Position numbers and translations under genes: made by a program. The notes beneath the pieces are model-generated. The model searched no databases. It worked only from the letters and a program-made list of their open reading frames with translations, and was not told the DNA's origin. From Sminthopsis crassicaudata (taxonomy: Eukaryota), in contig NC_133620.1 of NCBI RefSeq assembly GCF_048593235.1, positions 274,365,765-274,429,764 on the forward strand: 64,000 nucleotides of DNA. The letters are read 5' to 3'. Shown piece after piece: positions 49,670-62,779 of the stretch (position 1 is the stretch's first letter; every line of letters starts with the position of its first letter).

Positions 49670-51400
49670 ATAGAAAATGTCATATGAAAAGAGAAATTCC
49701 ATTTAAAATTACGTTAGGCAAAATAAAACACCTGAGGTTCTACCAATTACAAAACACTTCTCACACAAAATCAGATCTAAACAATTGGAAAAATATCAAT
49801 TGTTCATGGCTAGGCTAAGTTAATATAATAAAAATGACAATTATGCCAGAATTGGTCTTCTTGTTCAATGCTATACCAAACTGCCAGAAATTAATTTATA
49901 GAACTAGAAAAAAAATATTAACAAAATTCACCTGGAAGAACAAAAGGTCAAGAATATCAAGGGAATTAATGGAAAAAAATTACAAAGGAATGGGACTTAG
50001 CAGTTCAAACCTAAAACTATATTATAAAGCAGCAGTCATCAAAACCATTTAGTACTGGCTAAGAAATAGAGTGGAGGATCAGTGGAATGGATTAGATACA
50101 CATGACACAATAATCAAGGCCTATAGCAAGCTAGTATTTGATAAACCTCCAAACTCCAGCTTCTGGAATAAGAACTCATTATTTGACAAAAATTGCTGAG
50201 AAATCTGGAAAATAATATGTCAGAAACACAGAATAGATCTTCATCTCACACCCCATACCAAAATAAGGTCCAAATGGATACATGATTTGGTCATAAAGGA
50301 TGATAACATAAACAAATTAGGAGAACAAGGGACATCAGATCTTTGGAAAAGGGAGGAATTTATGACCAAAGAAGAACTACAGAACATTGTGAAAGATAAA
50401 ACAACTTTGATTACATTAAACTAAAAAGGTTTTGCATAAACAAAACCAACAGAAACAAGATTAAAAGGGAAGTACAAAGCTGAGGAAAAAATTTTGCAGT
50501 CAGTATTTCTGATGTTTCATTTCTAAAATATATAAAGAATTGTATCAAATTTATAAGAATATAAGTCATTCCCCAATTGATAAGTGGTCAAAGGAGATGA
50601 ACAATTTTCAGATGATGAAATTAAAACCATTCACAGTCATATGGAAAAAAATGCTCTTAAATTTATTAGAGAAACACAAATTAAAACAACTTTGAAATAT
50701 CACCTCACACCTGACAGATTGGCTAAGATGACAGGAAAAGATAATGATAAATACTGGAGAAGAAATAGGAAAAATGAGACATTAACGCATTGTTGGTGGA
50801 GTTGTGAAATGATTCAGCCATTTTGGAGAGTAAAATGAAACTATGCCCAAAGGGCTATAAAACTCTGCATACAAAACTGTTTGATTCAATAATGCCATTG
50901 CTGGATCTGTATTCTAAGGAAATCATAAAGTAGGGAAAAGGACCCACAGTGCAAAAGTGTTTGTCACAGCCCTTTTTGTGGTGGCAAAGAATTAGAAAAT
51001 GAGTAGATGCCCATCGATTGAGGAATGGTTGAACAAGTTGTGGTATATGAAGATAATGGAATATTATTGTTCTATAAAAAATGATGAACAAGCTGATTTT
51101 AGAAAGGCCTGGAAAGATTTACATGAACTGATGCTGAACAAAACAAGCAGAAGCAGTAATACATTGTACCCAATAATTGCAAGAATGCAATAATTAACTA
51201 TGAAAGACTTGGTTCTTCTTAGTGGTTCTAAGGAGACTGAATATAAATCAACACATGCTATGTTGGCTTTGTTTTGTTTTGTTTTTTTTTAAATCTCTCC
51301 CATGGTTTTTCCCTTTTGCTCTTATTTTTCTCTCCCAATGTGATTCATAAAGCAATGTGGGTTAAAAAAAATCTTTATTTAAAAAAGAAAGAAAAAGAAA
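49670..51400 (+). mobile_element. L1 ORF2 C-terminal part plus 3'UTR, decayed (about 1.7 kb)
   Basis: ORF 49834..50052 (KFTWKNKRSRISRELM...LKLYYKAAVIKTI), 50584..50838 (YHLTP.RLAKM...HCWW) and 50999..51193 (CPSIEEWLNKLWY) are L1 ORF2 segments broken by frameshifts and stops. Confidence 0.92.
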
Positions 51401-53039
51401 GAAAAGAAGAAAGAAAATGTCATACCAGTATGTTAAGCCTAGGTGTGATGGGGGCAACTCAAAATTGTAAGACAATTGTTAAATTTTCATTGTAAGCCTT
51501 TATAACTTGAACAATGAGGGTAAGAATTTTAGTGAATCCTTTTTGGGCCCTTTTATGTCTCAAACCCATTGAGAAGGAGTCTGGTATCTTTTTGTTCCAG
51601 TTCTTATTCTAAGAATTAGGAGAGACAAATCCCATTCCCATTTTGGTCCCTCAGGATAAATGACCAAAAAACAAAGTGGTAAATCATTTCTCTGGAAATC
51701 ATCTGTCTAGAGAAAACGAATCTCTTCTCCCCAAAAAGTAAATGATATATCTCTGAATGAATCCCATCAAGGCCTCCCATTATGAAAATCCAGATACCAA
51801 TCCCTTTATTGATTATCTCCAATCTATCTTGTATATACCTCATTTTACCCAGTTGTTAGTACAGTTTTTTTCCTTATTAGACTGAGTTTCTTGGGAGCAG
51901 GGAGTTGTTTTTGCCTTTTTGTCTCTTGCTAGAAATTAAAACAGTGCACCTGGCACATAGTAGGTCCTTAATAAATGCTTGCTACCTGACTGGCTGACTC
52001 ATTTCAAGCCATCCACCATTCTCAGCCTCCCCAATTTAATGGTTTTTGCTCTTTGACCTTAGTCTTCATTTTGGATTCTGTCAAGAAAATCTCTTTTCAT
52101 TACTTATCATCATGCTGTTTGGTAGTAAACTATGCAAATAACCCCATGGAGGATTCAGTGAACAAGACTAGAAGATCAGAAAGAGACTAGCTAATTACCT
52201 TTTATTCAACATTAAGCAACAAACACATTGCTGTTCCTATAGGAAGACAGAAAGATACTCCATAAGGACCCAGTTCTACTGGTCATCAAGGAGAAGAAAT
52301 GATCATCATGATATAAAGCATATACTAGCTGAATGACTTCCTCAGTTGATAGTTGTTGTTCAGTCGCGTCCGTCACCTTGTGGATTATAACATGCCAATA
52401 CTGTCCATTGGGCTTTCAATACTAGCATGGTCTACCATTTCCTTCTCTAGTAGATTAAAGTAAACAAAGGTTAAATGACCTTTCCAAGGTCACACAGCTA
52501 GTGAGTATCTGAGGATAGATTTGAACTCGGGTCTTCCTGATTCCAAGCAAAGTGCTCTATCCATTGATCTTTCCTGCTATCCTTTCAGTTGATTACCTTC
52601 AGTTAATTATCTGCCTTTTCTGAGGATTTTATCGGTGGAACCCCATTTCTTCGACTTCCCCCAAAGAGATACAGGTTAGTAATTCTTTGCCCCTTTTTGA
52701 AGAGTTCTCACTTAACAAGGTCCGATGGTGCTGGTTCAAGCAATGTCTCCTGCTGGGATTTGAACAGATGGACTTACACAGGGGGCCTATAATTGTACAT
52801 ACAGTTCACTCTCCATCTTCCCCTAGCATTTTAAAAAGTAGACTCTTTTATTCTCCTACCCCCAATTCCAATGAAGGGCATTAGTGCATTGCGTTATTCT
52901 TCAGGCATCCCAAAATATAACATGAATGGTAAAACCTTTATAGTGAGTCTTTACTTAATTTGTCCCAAACCAAATAAAGCTCTGACCAGGAAGAAATTCA
53001 GAAAAGATAAATCCTTTTCTAAAAATAATTGCTTGCCAT

Positions 53040-53340
53040 TAGGGAAGGAATAACTACAAAAGATCATGGGGAAGCATTATAAGGAAATTGTATGAGCATA
53101 GAAGAGAACCAATGACATGTATAGAATGTAGCTTCATAAAAATGGGAAATGGGGCCAAAATATTCAGGAAGGCAAACAAAATAGAGAGAAGTTTGTGTCT
53201 ATTTCTTAGGAGGACTGGCTGAAGAAAGTAGGAATAGTTAGCCTGGGATAAAGAAGACCTAATGGGAACAGGATAGCTATCTTCAACTATTTTAAGGGTT
53301 GTCACATGGAAGAGAGATTAGATTGGTTCTGTTTTGAAGG
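53040..53340 (+). mobile_element. L3/CR1 3' fragment
   Basis: gttagcctgggataaagaagacctaatggg...tattttaagggttgtcacatggaagag resembles the CR1 ORF2 end (FSLEKRRLRGD..YLKGCH.EE). Confidence 0.7.
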
Positions 53341-56300
53341 ATGAAATTATCATTAAAGCAAGTCAAGAAATGATTAACTACTCTGCTTTTGGCTGAGAGT
53401 GAAAGCTCTAGCAGAGATTTAGGTAACTGAAATTCCTTACTACTACATCATGCTAGGGGACTAGTCTTGTGCTGATTCCGAGGCTCCTCATCCACCCTGG
53501 GAGGAAGATGTTATGTTTATGTCCATTTTACAGTTGAGGAAATTAAAACAGGTAAAAATTAAATGACTTGCCTAGGATCACACAGTAAGTGGAGTCTTCC
53601 TGACTCCAGGCCTAGCACACTATCCAGAATGGCACTAAATAACTTAGGGAGACTGTGTAAGAGCCTCCAAGAAAGAGAGACAAGATGAACTGCCATCTTT
53701 ATATTCAATTCAGAGCCACTTTGTGTTTTTTCTGTCTATTTATAGGATAGAGTGAGTATTTTGCAACTTCTGCACTTTCTGTAAGATGAAATAAAAGCCC
53801 TTTCATTCCCTATGGGCATTTTAATAAATTAAGAACCAATTCAACACTTGGGGGGAGTGGGACATCAGCAGCCAGGTGGTACCAGAGTGCAAAGGGTGAG
53901 AAAGCTTCATCTTCCGGAATTCAAATCTGTGTGACCCTGAGTAAGTCATAATTACTTGTTTACAAGTCACTTGCTTGCTTTAAAAATGAAAAGGAAATAG
54001 CAAACCACTCCACTATCTTTGTCAGGAAAAACCCCAAATGCAATCACAGAGAGTCAGACACAACTGATGTTTAATAGCAGGAAGCCCTATCATTATATTT
54101 GGGAAAACCTAATTGTCTTGGAATAAACAAATGAAGGCAATGAACCAAAGAGAGAAACTGACTCTCCTGGAGCCAGGCCTCAGGAATAGACTCAGGTTAG
54201 CATAATCCCAGAGTCTTGGTTTGGAGCAACCAAAGCCAGATTTTAAATTCAGAATCAACAAAAGAGAAATTTTATTTCCTTTCCGTTTTGTCTCCCTTGG
54301 AAAAGAGGAAGAAGCAGAGGCTTATAAGATAGTGCTATGATAGAAATGATCTAAACCCATTGCTTAGAAACCATGTCCCAAGAAGACAAATGTGCTTTAG
54401 AATCTCTCTCCATCAAAGAGACAAAATCAAAGTACCTCAGGAAGACTCACAGGAAAGTTCCTGTTGCTCCATCTTTCAAACCAAAATACATTTCACTTTC
54501 CATGGAAAGGGACTTTCTGTACAGAAAATTCAATAACTGATCAGTCAGCAAAGATGAGTTATCCTTGCTGCCTACTTCTCTTACTGGGAAAAAGAGGACT
54601 CCCCTGTAGCCAGGTCTGTCCAGCCTCCCTGATAGGCTAAGCACATGAATCCTGAGTATGACCTAGAAAACAGCCCATAGACCGCATAGCTGCCACAGAA
54701 TGTAGAGGGGAGGCTGGGGTGGGGAGAAGGGGAAAGGTAAGGGCCATAGTGTTTCAAACATTATGAATACTAACCTTTATCATCTCACACAATATAAAAT
54801 CATAGAATTGGATTTAAAAGAGACCTAGAGAGGTTATGTATTCCAAGCCCTCACTTTACGGGGTGAGGCTTGGGGAAATTAAGTGATTTGCCCAAGATCT
54901 CACAGCCAAGATCCAAGACAAGTCCTCTGACTTCAGACTTGATGCTCTTTATTGCTATCAGTGAAGGGATGGAAAATGAGTCAAGGGTAACTGCGGAGCT
55001 CCTAAACCAGTGATTGTTGGACCCACAGGAGAGAAAGCTTGGCAGGAAAACCCCAAATTAAAGAAATAGCTCCCATAGAGGTGATCTAATCCCTGTTCTC
55101 AGGAGGAATCTCTGCCATAGGCTTCTTGGTAGCTGGTGATGGGGTAAGGTGAATTTTCAGCACTGAGAAAATGAGGGGACAGAGCCAAGCAACAATGGCC
55201 AGACCTCCTGCTCTGGAAAGACCTCAGGATCAATAATGACAAACATTTATTAAGCCTTGGCACTAAGACTGGAAAAATAAAAACCAAAAAGAACCTCCCT
55301 CTAGGGAACTTGGTGGGAATAGGGAGGGGATACAGCAGACACATAATAACTAAATACAAGGTAATTTGAGAAGGGAGGGAGCAGAAGGATGGGGAGATCT
55401 ATCACAAAAAAAAAGGTAACACCTTAATGATTTTTCCTGGGACTATTATGAAGGTTTGGGTGAAAGGGGAAACCTGGCCTAGTATTAAGCAATGATGCTA
55501 CAGTGACCAATAGCTAAACTCTTGTTGCTACCTTCCCCCTATACCTTCCCAAGATGGTGTACTGGACAAAGGAGTGAGGTTACAGGGGAGGCTGTGGAGA
55601 GGACGAGAGAGATTCAGCAAGGGAAGAGACACCATAGCAGCAGCAGACAAAGCAGATCATCTTTGTCTTTTTGAACTTCATTGGCTGAAGTGAAGCAGAG
55701 GGATAGGGCAGGCTCTGGGGAACCTCCCACCTTATGAGGCAGCCTCATAGCCCTTAGTGGAAAAAAGCAATAACACAGACAGAAAGGTGGCTATGGAATG
55801 CAAATCCTGATTCCAAATCCAGAGCTTGCTCTTCTGGGCCACATTCCATTCATTTGACAAGGAATTGTTTCAAATAAAGCAGTTTCTTCACTTTAATTTG
55901 CCCCTCTGATTACAGGGCAAAGCACAACATAAATATATAAAAATCCCAGGTAACTCTTTCTTTGCTACCAGTTGCTGGGCTTGGTGTGGATCCCAACATT
56001 TTCATCCCTCTCACACATCCCTGTACTGGGTACTGTCTGTTGCCTCACTCCCTTTTCAGCTTACCCTACTAGACTGTAAGTTCCTTGAGGGTAAGGACTA
56101 TTGACTTTCTTTTATTTATTCGTATCTCCAGGTCAATTCCTGGCACACAGGAGGCACTTAATAAATGTTTATTGTATTGTAATGTATTTTTAAGAGTAAA
56201 GGTCTTGGTGCTGTTGTATATATAATTTAATAAAGGTTGGAATTTTTTTTTTCCCTACCACATTTGTGAGGAAAAGGCTGATAAACTCTCTAGAACATCT

Positions 56301-57217
56301 GAGAAGAAGCTTCAACAACAACAAAAAAAAGAGCAAAAATCTCATCCAAGTTTCCCCATGTCCACAGTGACAGAAATAGGTCACACTGGAGTCACAGAGC
56401 ATGCCCTCCATCTACCTGTCCCCATGCAGAATGAAGTCCTCACCTTCTATAGCTCCAGCACAGGGAATTTAAAAAATAAATAAACTTTACCATTACCAAA
56501 GGAAAAACTTTCTCTCATTCAAGAAATAGCAAAGGATATGAAGTCAGCAATTTGAAAATGGTTAAAGGCTTGAGGAAAACTCATACAAATTACTCTGGAA
56601 CCACATGGGCAGGCGACGAGAGCGCACTTCCAAAGAAGGCACCTCACCAAAAAGTGGTATCCAAAAGAGATCAGTGGCAAAACTTTCCTTTATGTACTTG
56701 ACCCAAGATCACAGCAATGCCTGGCTTTCTGACTAAATGCTGAAAGAGCCTTCAATAGGGAAAACAAACAAAAAAAGCAAGATGCAGATCTGGCCCCAGG
56801 AGGAACCTGCTAAGGTCAAAAGTGGCTTATTCTACCTACTAGTGTTCTGTGACCAGACTAATGGGAGGCCTGTGAAAAGAGGCATCTCTCTACCTATTAG
56901 TGGACTGCCAGGCTATGCTGACCTGGATCCTCTCTAATTGGTGGTAAATTAAAAGGCCCTGAGAGGATAGGGGCCAAATGTGATTAGGCAATTAATAAAG
57001 GCAGGAAATGATGCTGAGCAAAAAAAAGTCTGTTCTTCCTGCCAGACTGGCTGCCACTTAGGAGGGGCCTGAAATAGACTCCAGGTGTGGAACTTTCTCC
57101 ACAGAGTACGGGGCCACCGTGGAAGGAATAAAAGCCTGAAGCCGGAGCCCCTTCTTCCTCTTCCCTTATCCCAAGCCCCAGTAATAAAAGTGATCATTAA
57201 AGTACATATCATTGGGC

Positions 57218-57406
57218 CAGAGACCTGCAAACGATGGTTTCTGGACCGAATCCAACCTGCCCCTGGCTCGTATACAACTCTCAAGCTAAGAATGATGTTT
57301 ACATTTTAAATATAATCCTTATTTAAAATGTAAAATCCATTCTTAGTTCACAGGCTGCACAAAACAGGCAGCGAGCCAGATCTGGCGAAGGCTCTGCCGG
57401 CCCCTG
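57218..57406. mobile_element. Palindromic hAT-Charlie-type MITE upstream of AARS2
   Basis: TIR-like ends cagagacctgcaaac / ctctgccggcccctg and a central near-perfect inverted repeat at 57285-57347. Confidence 0.65.
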
Positions 57407-59250
57407 CACGCTGACGCAGCCTTCTCCCCGGGGTGAAGCTGCACTTCTGCGGCGGGCCTACGTCCCCCAGAGCTTAGCACTGAGCTCTACAAGGTGCTGA
57501 CACTCACAAACGGTTTGTGAGTCAATGTGTGGTTTGAACTCAAAAGATATGGGTTTGCTAGTTACTCCACGTGAACACAGGCAAATCATCCACTCTCCTG
57601 TGGCCTCAGTTTACTCCCATGCAAGAATAATTAGTTCCAAATCTCAAAATAATTCCCGTTCCTATGGTGCTCTAGGGTTACAAAGTGCTTGCCTCCACAC
57701 AACACTGCTGACAAGCAGTGCAAACACTAGCATGTTGCTTTTATCCAGCGGATATAAAAGGGCGGGACTCAGTAGGGTTTGCTTCCATTGCAAGCCCTGG
57801 ATTTGGAGGTAGGGAATCCTGAATTCAAACCCTACCTCTATTTTGAATGACCAGGTCTCTATCGACCAGAAAATAAAACAAAAATGTTGCTATTATTGGG
57901 GAGTCATTTTTATTGATTTAAAATCTTGGTTTTGTTCTTGGACGATTCATTGAACTCTAATCCTCTGAGACCCCGTTTCCTCTTCTGTAAAATGAGGGAG
58001 TTGCTCTAGATGACTTTGAAAATCCTTTCCAGTTTTAGATCTATCTCATATGTGATATGGAAAAAATTCCGGCGAGGAAAGGCAGGTCGAAATTTTTAGC
58101 GCTAAAATGTGAAGGTCCTGGTCCCAGCAGAGGTCGCTGCAAAAAATGTCCCTGTTCGCTTGCCATATTCTCCTTCTCGCGGTAAACGCAACCCTTGACC
58201 TTAGAAGCTTCTGCCAGAAAGAAAAATGGCGGCAGCGTTGGCGGCGACAGGCCGTCTGCAGCAAGTACTCCGAAGGACACCGGCATGGAAAAGCCCCTGC
58301 TCAGGAGCCCGGACACGCCGCCGTCAGCTTTCCTCCAGCCCTCCTCAACCTTCGGCCTCGGCCGTGCGAACTGCCTTCCTTCATTTCTTCCGGGACCGTT
58401 ACGGCCACCAGCTAGTGCCCTCCGCTTCCGTACGGCCGAGAAGCGACCCCGGTCTCCTCTTTGTCAACGCGGGAATGAACCAGGTAGGACGGGACCTCCG
58501 GAGAGGGAGCGAGACCTGAGCCGCTGGGGGGCGGGGCTTGGAAGAGAACTGGAGGAAGCTGAGTGGATGGGAGCCGAGAGGGTGGGGCCTGTCTGAGGCG
58601 CGAATGGCAAAAGTGAAGCCGAGTAGGAGGAGGGGCCTGGGGACTCGGGGGCGGGACCGAGGCGTCGTGGGGCGGGGTTTGAGAATGAAGTTGGTGGTCC
58701 CCCTCCAGGCTTTTTACCTCAAGAAAAGGTGGGAGCAGTTTCCTAGGGCTAAAACTACCCGTGTGGGAAAGACTCGGAAATGAGGAGACGCGGGGGGATC
58801 GGGGCCCCATCTTTCGGCTTCTTGTGGTAAAGGAGTGGTGCTGCACACGGGAAAATCACTTAATCTCTCTCAATCTATTTCTAAAATGGATGGATCCAAC
58901 ACTGGCTTATGGTGAACTTCAAATAAACTAACTTATGAAAGTGCTTTTTAAAGTCTTGCAGGTCTGTGCATGCGGGAGCTGCTGCTGCTCTAATAGTAGT
59001 GACAATCCCAGTGGGCGGCGCGGGGAGTCCGGCCTGAAGGCCGAAGGTTCAGCCTTCTGAGCCCCAATCCCTGGGCAAGGAGCGGAATCCCACTGCCCCC
59101 GCTTCCTCAAGTGTAAAAGAGCCAGAAAGGGCAACCCTCTCCCTGTCCTCGCCAAGGGGTCCTGGAGGGGACGGGCCTGCAAAGTGGCGGAGCCACACAC
59201 ACTTAGCGGGGAAGTGGTGGCTGGTGGCAAGTCAAATAACCCCCTGGGCC
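57370..59250 (+). promoter_or_regulatory. AARS2 CpG island/promoter
   Basis: GC/CpG-rich region spanning exon 1. GC boxes (ggggcgggg) lie in intron 1 and a YY1-type AAAATGGCGG motif at 58223-58232 overlaps the start codon. Confidence 0.85.
58226..58483 (+). CDS. AARS2: Mitochondrial alanyl-tRNA synthetase, exon 1 (presequence plus start of catalytic domain)
   Basis: [17 protein letters not shown]... is an Arg-rich, acid-free leader, followed by [43 protein letters not shown]|gtagga. Confidence 0.97.
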
Positions 59251-59499
59251 CTAATAAAGGCCAGACCACTGTCTCCCTTTACGAGGTAGGCCAGTTTCTG
59301 GGCCTTCCAGCCACAGACTCAGTCACCGCCAGTAAGCACCTACTGAGTGCCAAGGCTGGTGCTAGACGCACCAGGGGATGCAAAGGAGAGAATTCCTTCC
59401 TCGTGCAAGTTGTATTCCGTATGGATTATATATTTCCAGTCTTTGTGCTCGCCCGCTCACTATATATAGCATTTAAATCTGGATATCCCAGAGGCATCT

Positions 59500-60100
59500 C
59501 AAACTCTGAAACAGAACTTTTCTCTTAGGCTCCCCCTCTTGCAAACACTCATCAGATACATTCCCGTCCTTCCAGCTTCCGGGGCTTTTAATTCTGAAAT
59601 GACTCCTGCTTCTTCATTTCTCTTCGTCCCTTACGTCCGGTCAGGTCCGGATCACTTCCCTCTAGCTCCATCTAGCTGACTCCGGGGTTCCCTAATTGGT
59701 CTCTCCCTGCGCCGTTCCTGCGCACACTGCTGGGCGTGATTTTCTGAGGGTGTCACTCCTACAGTTATCCCGGCTGTTCCCTGTCGCGTCTAAGTTAAAA
59801 TACTAACTCTGTAGTTTTCAAAGCCGCCTACGCCTGCCCTTAGCTGCGGTGTAGCCTTCCTTCCGTTCTCTGGGCCACACGCGCCCTCTTTCTATTCCTC
59901 CCACGCGGCGCTCCATCTGTGGCCGTCCTCTCCTGGGTCCGGAGTGCGTCCTGCCCTCACTGTCACCCAAAGAACGCCTCTCTTCCTGTGAGACCCAGCT
60001 CGAGCGCCCTCTGTAGTATGTAGAATTTAAGTTTGGGGGTAATGATTATTTCACACTTGGAGTCTTGCAAAGTGCAATTAACAAATGTGTGTTCATTGAT
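59500..60100 (+). mobile_element. L2 remnant in AARS2 intron 1, unusually CpG-rich
   Basis: Same landmark order as other L2 copies (ggcatctcaaact, aatgactcct, ctaattggtctctccctgc, gtgattttct, gtcactcct, aaaatactaactc, ttttcaaagcc). Confidence 0.55.
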
Positions 60101-60466
60101 GAGTTGTTTCCTAGTTGCTTAGATTAGAACTGAGAACCTTAGAGACCAGATGGCTAGCCATCCTCATTTTAGAGACAACAAAAGAGGATTATCTTTCCCC
60201 CACCCAACAAGAAGTCACTCTGAGGCCGCTTTGCACGACGTGGGGGACACAACGGTTAGGCTAGGCTCGGAGTCCAAGTACGTGTCCATCTTTGGGCAAA
60301 TCACTTAATCTATTTGGGACTTAGCGGCCTGCGTGGAAGCATGGGGATTGTCCATTGTTGTCTACTATTGTCTCCCCGGGTTGTTATGAGGATGAGAAAA
60401 TATTGCATGTGTAATAAAGTGTGAGTTATTAATTGTGGAATCCACTCACGTGTACTTTGATCCTAG

Positions 60467-60667
<201 letters not shown>

Positions 60668-60715
60668 TAGAAGATATTGCCATCAGGAAAAAAAACAACT
60701 CAAGATTTACTTGAG

Positions 60716-60865
60716 AGGGGCAGCTAGCACAATGGCTGCAGCACCAGCCCTGAAGTCAGGAGGACCCGAACTCAAATCTGGTCCCAGACTCTTAACACCT
60801 CCTGGCTGTGTCACTCTGCGCAAGTCACCTACCCCCAAGTGCCTCAAGCAAAAATAAAAAAAACG
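60716..60865 (+). mobile_element. tRNA-derived SINE in AARS2 intron 2
   Basis: ggggcagctagc...gccctgaagtcaggaggacccgaactcaaat, followed by an A-rich tail. Confidence 0.75.
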
Positions 60866-61405
60866 ATTTATCAGAGAAAGGTGTCTTAAGTCAGTAGATC
60901 CCTGTTCCTTCCTCTGTCCTTCAGGCTTCCCTTGTGTGGACCTCTGAATCAGACATAGGGGAGAATACAAATGAGCTCATGTTGTACATATTTGTATGAA
61001 TATCATATCTCCCTTGTTGAATTATGAATTTCTTGAAGGTTGTCACAATACTTAGTACATAGGAAATATTTGTCAAATAGCTACTGAATGAAGGACACAG
61101 ACTCAAAGTACTCTGTGGGAGGTCGGGTTTTCTGAAGGCTAGGATGTCCAAAAAAAGCCTTTTAGAGGAAGCGGGACTTCAGCGGATTCTTAAGAAAGCC
61201 TAAAATTTATGGAAGCCAAAAGTAGAAGGGAAGACATCTCAGGAGGAGAGGATACCGTAGGGCAAAATTTAGAAACAAGAATATATGTGGGGGTTCAGGA
61301 AGACAAGAAATATAATTTAAATGAGTGTAGTACAAAGAAAGGGCTGGGTTATATAGTGGGATTACAGAAGGGGATTTCCCCTTAACACTCTGTTTTCTTA
61401 CTTAG

Positions 61406-61551
61406 GAAGAGGCCTGCAGCATGGCCTGGGAGCTGTTGACCACAGTCTATGGAATTCCCCAGGATAGGCTGTGGGTTACCTACTTTGATGGTAATCCTCC
61501 TGAGGGGTTGGCCCCAGACTACGAAAGCAGGGATATCTGGCTCAGCTTGGG
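61406..61551 (+). CDS. AARS2: AARS2 exon 3 (146 nt)
   Basis: acttag|[48 protein letters not shown](G)|gtaagc. Confidence 0.98.
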
Positions 61552-62096
61552 GTAAGCATGGTAGTGAAGAGTTCTAAAATTAGGAGACTAAGCCTTTGGA
61601 AAGCTGCCAATTTTGCATCCTGTATTTTTGGTTCTCTGGGGAAAAAAGGGAAAGGGGAGGAGTAAAGATCTCCAGTACTCAACCACAGTCAAAATTAAGA
61701 ATAAGCAAGATAGGCATTTTTTGCAGGGCACATTACACATTGAGAAGGTATTAGAAATGAAGGACATTTTAAAATATTACTCTGTATAAATAGCCACATT
61801 TAAAACACCAGATAATTTTGTTCTCTGTGACAGCCAGATATTTATATTGTGATGAATCAACTTGTATGTGTTACAGTGAAAGCCTCCAAAGGAAGAATAA
61901 TTTTCAAACTTGACCTAGGATCCACAAATGCCATGCCCCGGCTCTTGTCTTAGAAGACCCCGAGCTGAAGCTGACAAGCCACAGTTCAAGTTATTTATAG
62001 ATCAAGAAAGGAAGATGGAAAAGGGGTCCTCTAGACTGTCCTGAAGATTACTTAACACTACCAACACTCACCTGTTTTTTGCCCCACTTAACCTAG

Positions 62097-62264
62097 GGTA
62101 CCTTCTACTCGGGTGCTTCCTTTTGGGTCACTAGAGAACTTCTGGGAGATGGGTGAGACAGGACCTTGTGGACCGTGTACTGAAATCCACTACGATCTAT
62201 CAGCAGGAGTGGGTCCTCCCCAATTGGTAGAACTCTGGAATCTTGTCTTCATGCAGTACAACAG
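62097..62264 (+). CDS. AARS2: AARS2 exon 4 (168 nt)
   Basis: acctag|[55 protein letters not shown](R)|gtaaca. Confidence 0.98.
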
Positions 62265-62779
62265 GTAACAAAGTAGCATGGTATCATGGAAATAATGCTG
62301 ACCTGGGCATCAGGAAACCTGGATTCTGTTCCCTTTAATTACCTGTATGAATATGGGCAAGACACTAGACTGGATTAGGGTTTCCCAAGCATTGGACATG
62401 AAATGGATTGATGAACACCATGATTGTTTTTCTGGGATCCCAGAGATCTAAAAGGTCCCACCTGTAACAGCACAATGAAAGGGAGAGTTAGATAAACTTA
62501 AGTGGAAATAAGCCAAATTTCATATCAAATTGTTGCAATATGGAGTATGTATCTTTTTTTTTTTCTTTTTTAAAAAACGTTTAATGTGTCACTCATGACA
62601 CATAAATCACTCCTATTTCAAATGAGATATCTTGTAACAGAATATAACAATTAAATAAAAGTAGTAATAATCTCACCTAAAAGTACATACAACAGTTTAT
62701 ATCTGTAGCTGTCTCTTAATTTTTTTTAAAAATATTTTTCTGCCTCTGACCCCACCCTGTTAAAAATAGAAAAAAATAG

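Noticed and set aside
54451-54516. 66-nt minus-strand exon-like segment (ttttctgtacag|...|gtgagt) sharing a 14-mer (KDGAT) with a SPATS1 exon
   Set aside because: No partner exons. Its phase does not fit SPATS1, and such sites and 14-mer matches are expected by chance in 64 kb.
58412-59528. ORFs of about 80-144 aa on both strands at the AARS2 5' end
   Set aside because: They result from stop-codon scarcity in the GC-rich island and have no protein-like features.
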